From an uncultured Alphaproteobacteria bacterium (lineage in GTDB: Bacteria; Pseudomonadota; Alphaproteobacteria; UBA6615): a stretch of 64,000 bases of DNA. Positions 60,789 through 64,000 of this stretch are shown here, in pieces. The DNA is taken from contig CAXYDO010000001.1 in NCBI GenBank assembly GCA_964276015.1, positions 74,627 to 138,626 on the forward strand. The letters are read 5' to 3'. The notes beneath the pieces were generated by a model, which saw only the letters and a list, made by a program, of their open reading frames with translations, ran no database searches and was not told the origin of the DNA. Positions within the stretch are counted from its first letter, which is position 1. Each line of letters begins with the position of its first letter. The position numbers and the translations under genes are program-made.

Positions 60789-61943
60789 ATGAAAAAGACA
60801 CTTCTTGCCAGCTCAGCGCTGGTTGCTGCCTCGCTTCTTGCCGCACCGGCAATGGCAGGCACAGTCGGATCCAAAGATTCGATGGCCGTCAAAGTTAGCG
60901 GTACCCTTTGGTTCGCTGTTCAGATCGTTGACGAAGACCTCTCTGCAGGTCAGGGCCAGGGTTACGGCTTCAAGATCAACGAGACAGAGGTCCACGTTGG
61001 TGCGTCGGCCACTGCCGACAACGGCATCAAGTATGGCGTGAACATTGAGCTCAATGCTGGTGGCAGCGACGCGACCGCAGCTGACGAAGCTTATGCCTTC
61101 ATCGACAGTGATGTCTGGGGCCGCCTGGAACTGGGCGATAATGACGACGTCTCTAACCGCATGATGCTCGGCTCGTGGAACGCCCATAAGGGTCTCGGCG
61201 GACCGTTCGGTGGTCTCGGAATGCTTCTCTCCGGTTGGGAAGGTCTGGGCGCCGCTACAATTATGTCCCGTGCGGACTGGCAGCCTCTGACATCTACCGA
61301 TGACACGAAGGCCAGTTACTTCTCGCCACGCTTCTCGGGCTTCCAGGTCGGCGCTTCGCTGACCCCGGATACTGGTGTTAGCTCGGGTGCCGTCGCTTCC
61401 CTAGTCGACACCGATAACGACGCCGATTACAACAATGTCATGGGCCTCGCCGCCAACTATGTCGGCAAGTTCGACGACGTTGGTGTTGGGCTTTCTGTTG
61501 TTTACGAAACTGGTGATGACAACAACATCATTGGTGGTAACAGCGTTCAGATCGAAGATCTGGAGATCCTCGGTGTTGGCGGTCACGTCAAGGTCGCTGG
61601 CTTCACCATCGGTGCGCATTATCGTGACTACAACAACACTAACCTGACTCAGGCTGCTGTTGCTGCCGGCGCCAGCGCTGGTGATCAGTGGTCCGTTGGT
61701 CTTGGCTATCAGGCCGGCCCATGGGGCGTCAGCGTCTGGTATCTGGACGCCGAGCGTAACGCTGCAACTTCGGCCGTCACGACTGAAGTCACTCGTATGG
61801 GCTTGGGTGCAGGTTACACTGTCGCACCGGGTTGGTTGCTACGTGCGGACCTCGAGTTCCTGTCGCATGACGCTATTGCTGGCGTCGCGACTACTGACAA
61901 CGACGGTCGTGGCTTCTTGCTCACGAACATGTTCTTCTTCTAG
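60789..61943 (+). CDS. Outer-membrane porin (alphaproteobacterial general porin family)
   Basis: Signal peptide MKKTLLASSALVAASLLAAPAMA, alternating amphipathic beta-strands, the aromatic girdle and a C-terminal ...NMFFF Phe terminus. RBS GGAGAT. Confidence 0.75.
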   Translation: MKKTLLASSALVAASLLAAPAMAGTVGSKDSMAVKVSGTLWFAVQIVDEDLSAGQGQGYGFKINETEVHVGASATADNGIKYGVNIELNAGGSDATAADEAYAFIDSDVWGRLELGDNDDVSNRMMLGSWNAHKGLGGPFGGLGMLLSGWEGLGAATIMSRADWQPLTSTDDTKASYFSPRFSGFQVGASLTPDTGVSSGAVASLVDTDNDADYNNVMGLAANYVGKFDDVGVGLSVVYETGDDNNIIGGNSVQIEDLEILGVGGHVKVAGFTIGAHYRDYNNTNLTQAAVAAGASAGDQWSVGLGYQAGPWGVSVWYLDAERNAATSAVTTEVTRMGLGAGYTVAPGWLLRADLEFLSHDAIAGVATTDNDGRGFLLTNMFFF

Positions 61944-61966
61944 GCCTTATTTTAGCTTGAAGATGA

Positions 61967-62001
61967 AACAGGGCGACAGTTTACTGTCGCCCTGTTTTTT
62001 T
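61967..62001 (+). terminator. Rho-independent terminator after the porin gene
   Basis: AAACAGGGCGACAG-ttta-CTGTCGCCCTGTTTTTTTGTG. Confidence 0.85.
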
Positions 62002-62081
62002 GTGCGTCATTGTCTGTTAATGACTGGTGCACAAATACACCGAAAGCTACTCTGCGGTGTCACCGGACTCAGGATCGAACC

Positions 62082-62606
62082 ATGATCAAGAATGTAATCT
62101 CCAGTCGCGCTCTTCGTATTGCTGCGACATGTGCGATTTTGAGCCTGACTGCCTGCGAAGGTCTCGCGCGCGAGCGCGCGGACGCGGATGGCGAGCGAGA
62201 CAAACTCGCCAAGCAAGGCGGGAAGCTTTTCGGGGACTTCAATCTGCTCGGCGGGAACGACGATACGAACACCAACAGTGGTATTGGCGTCAACGGATTC
62301 CTCTGGCGCGCCTCGCTCGATATGGTTTCGTTTCTGCCCTTGTCCTCCGCCGATCCGTTTGGCGGCGTCATCATCACAGACTGGTACACGCCACCGGAAA
62401 GCCCGAGTGAACGCTTCAAGGTCACCGTCTATATTCTCGGTCGCGAACTTCGCTCCGACGGCATCCGCGTCTCGGTGTTTCGCCAGAAACGTGACCAAAG
62501 CCGCGAATGGCTCGATGCCAATACCGGCGACAACACATCGACCAGCCTGGAGAACGCGATCCTGACCCGGGCGCGTGAGTTGCGCGTTTCCCGAACGGGC
62601 GGCTAG
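62082..62606 (+). CDS. DUF3576 domain lipoprotein
   Basis: Lipobox LSLTAC. Its position immediately upstream of leuS is the conserved alphaproteobacterial location for this family. Confidence 0.65.
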   Translation: MIKNVISSRALRIAATCAILSLTACEGLARERADADGERDKLAKQGGKLFGDFNLLGGNDDTNTNSGIGVNGFLWRASLDMVSFLPLSSADPFGGVIITDWYTPPESPSERFKVTVYILGRELRSDGIRVSVFRQKRDQSREWLDANTGDNTSTSLENAILTRARELRVSRTGG

Positions 62607-62711
62607 ACACCAGCGACGCATTCATTTCTGTATTCAGTGTTGTGCTGACTTATTCCAGTTGAACAGACCGGCATCGCCGACATCCAATCGGCGCCGAAAG
62701 AGTATCCGTCG

Positions 62712-64000
62712 ATGGCAGAGCGTTACAATTTCCGAGAAGCCGAGCAGAAGTGGCAGGCCGTCTGGGACGATGATGGCACCTTCCAGGTCATCGCTGATTC
62801 CGAGAAGCCCAAATACTACGTGCTCGAGATGTTCCCCTATCCTTCGGGGCGCATCCATATGGGCCATCTGCGTTGCTACACGTTGGGTGACGTGGTCGCA
62901 CGCTATAAACGCAGCCAGGGATTCAATGTCCTGCACCCGATGGGCTGGGACGCTTTCGGCCTGCCCGCCGAGAATGCCGCGATGGAAAAGAATGTCCATC
63001 CGGCCGCCTGGACCTACGAAAATATCGCCACCATGCGCGGTCAGTTGCGCGCCATGGGCCTGTCGATCGATTGGTCGCGGGAGATCGCAACCTGTGATCC
63101 AAGCTACTATCGCCACGAGCAGGCCATCTTCATTGATTTTCTCGAAAAGAACCTGGTCTATCGCCAGGACGGCTGGGTCAACTGGGATCCGATAGACCAC
63201 ACCGTACTCGCTAATGAACAGGTGATCGACGGCAAGGGATGGCGCTCAGGGGCCCCGATCGAACGCCGCCGTCTGGCCCAGTGGTTCTGCCGTATTACCG
63301 ATTACAGCGATGAACTTCTGGAAGCTTTCGGCGAACTTGGACGCTGGCCGGCAAAAGTCCGGGCGATGCAGGAAAACTGGATCGGCCGGTCCGAAGGCGC
63401 CTATATCAGCTTCAACTTCACCGACGCGCGGACCGACACGCTGCGGGTCTATACCACCCGCCCGGATACCATCTTCGGCGCCAGTTTCTGTGCAATCGCG
63501 GCCGACCATCCGTTAGCCGAAGAACTCTCGCAACAAGACCCCAAGGCGGCCGCCTTCATCGAGGAATGCCGCCAGCTGGGTACCAGCGAAGAAGCCATTC
63601 AGACGGCCGATAAACGCGGCCATGATACCGGCCTGCGCGTTGCACACCCATTCATCGAGGGCAAAGAACTCCCGGTCTACATCGCCAATTTCGTCCTGAT
63701 GGGTTACGGAACCGGTGCTATCTTTGGATGTCCGGCCCATGATCAGCGCGACCTTGATTTTGCCCACACTTATGAGCTGCCCGTACTCCCGGTTGTTGTT
63801 CCCGCCGATACGGATGCCGGAACATTCAGCGTCGGAGACGAGGCCTATACAGGCCCCGGCGCGCTTGCCAATTCCGAGTTTCTCAATGGTCTGGCGGTGG
63901 ACGCCGCCAAACAGGAAATCATTTCGCGTCTTGAAACGATGGGTCAGGGCGAAGGCGCGGTCAACTACCGCCTGCGCGACTGGCTGGTCTCCCGCCAGCG
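62712..64000 (+). CDS. leuS: Leucyl-tRNA synthetase (N-terminal part; continues beyond the window)
   Basis: [26 protein letters not shown]...[33 protein letters not shown] carries the HIGH motif (HMGH). The ORF runs off the end of the window. Confidence 0.92.
   Translation, partial: MAERYNFREAEQKWQAVWDDDGTFQVIADSEKPKYYVLEMFPYPSGRIHMGHLRCYTLGDVVARYKRSQGFNVLHPMGWDAFGLPAENAAMEKNVHPAAWTYENIATMRGQLRAMGLSIDWSREIATCDPSYYRHEQAIFIDFLEKNLVYRQDGWVNWDPIDHTVLANEQVIDGKGWRSGAPIERRRLAQWFCRITDYSDELLEAFGELGRWPAKVRAMQENWIGRSEGAYISFNFTDARTDTLRVYTTRPDTIFGASFCAIAADHPLAEELSQQDPKAAAFIEECRQLGTSEEAIQTADKRGHDTGLRVAHPFIEGKELPVYIANFVLMGYGTGAIFGCPAHDQRDLDFAHTYELPVLPVVVPADTDAGTFSVGDEAYTGPGALANSEFLNGLAVDAAKQEIISRLETMGQGEGAVNYRLRDWLVSRQ

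Overview
The window is a high-GC (about 62%) chromosomal segment whose gene content and synteny look alphaproteobacterial: a large NAD-specific glutamate dehydrogenase, glnK-amtB, ftsK-lolA, Trm112/DUF971, and a DUF3576 lipoprotein next to leuS. About 60 protein genes and one tRNA-Gly(GCC) are supported. ORF-track starts were re-examined because the track uses TTG/GTG/CTG as Met; many true starts were moved inward to ATG codons with Shine-Dalgarno-like support. Most of the window is housekeeping or catabolic. The main points are:
- A low-GC tctCBA island at 8.7-12 kb, followed by a form-II CoxL-like molybdenum hydroxylase large subunit and an LVIVD-repeat protein with no CoxS/CoxM partners.
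- A probable NtrC/sigma-54 control region upstream of glnK-amtB.
- The most unusual locus, at 35.4-45.7 kb: an atypical ABC exporter with a triplicated helical-subdomain segment and degenerate Walker A, Walker B and H-loop. It is co-transcribed with a stand-alone cNMP-binding protein and divergent from a seven-gene glycosyltransferase cluster (two paralogous GT-B 'GLGHLRR' GTs, two GT4s, a histidine phosphatase, a deacetylase-like protein and a PH-like membrane protein), with no Wzx/Wzy/Wza-type genes.
- Downstream, at 45.7-58 kb, an unusual density of gene disruptions: four homopolymer indels in a peptide-type ABC importer operon and a class III nucleotidyl cyclase, an amber codon in a DUF427 gene, a G12 tract that frameshifts a hypothetical gene, and a G9 tract in a promoter region. 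This is either local sequence error or contingency/decay.
All calls are by eye; nothing was searched or computed.
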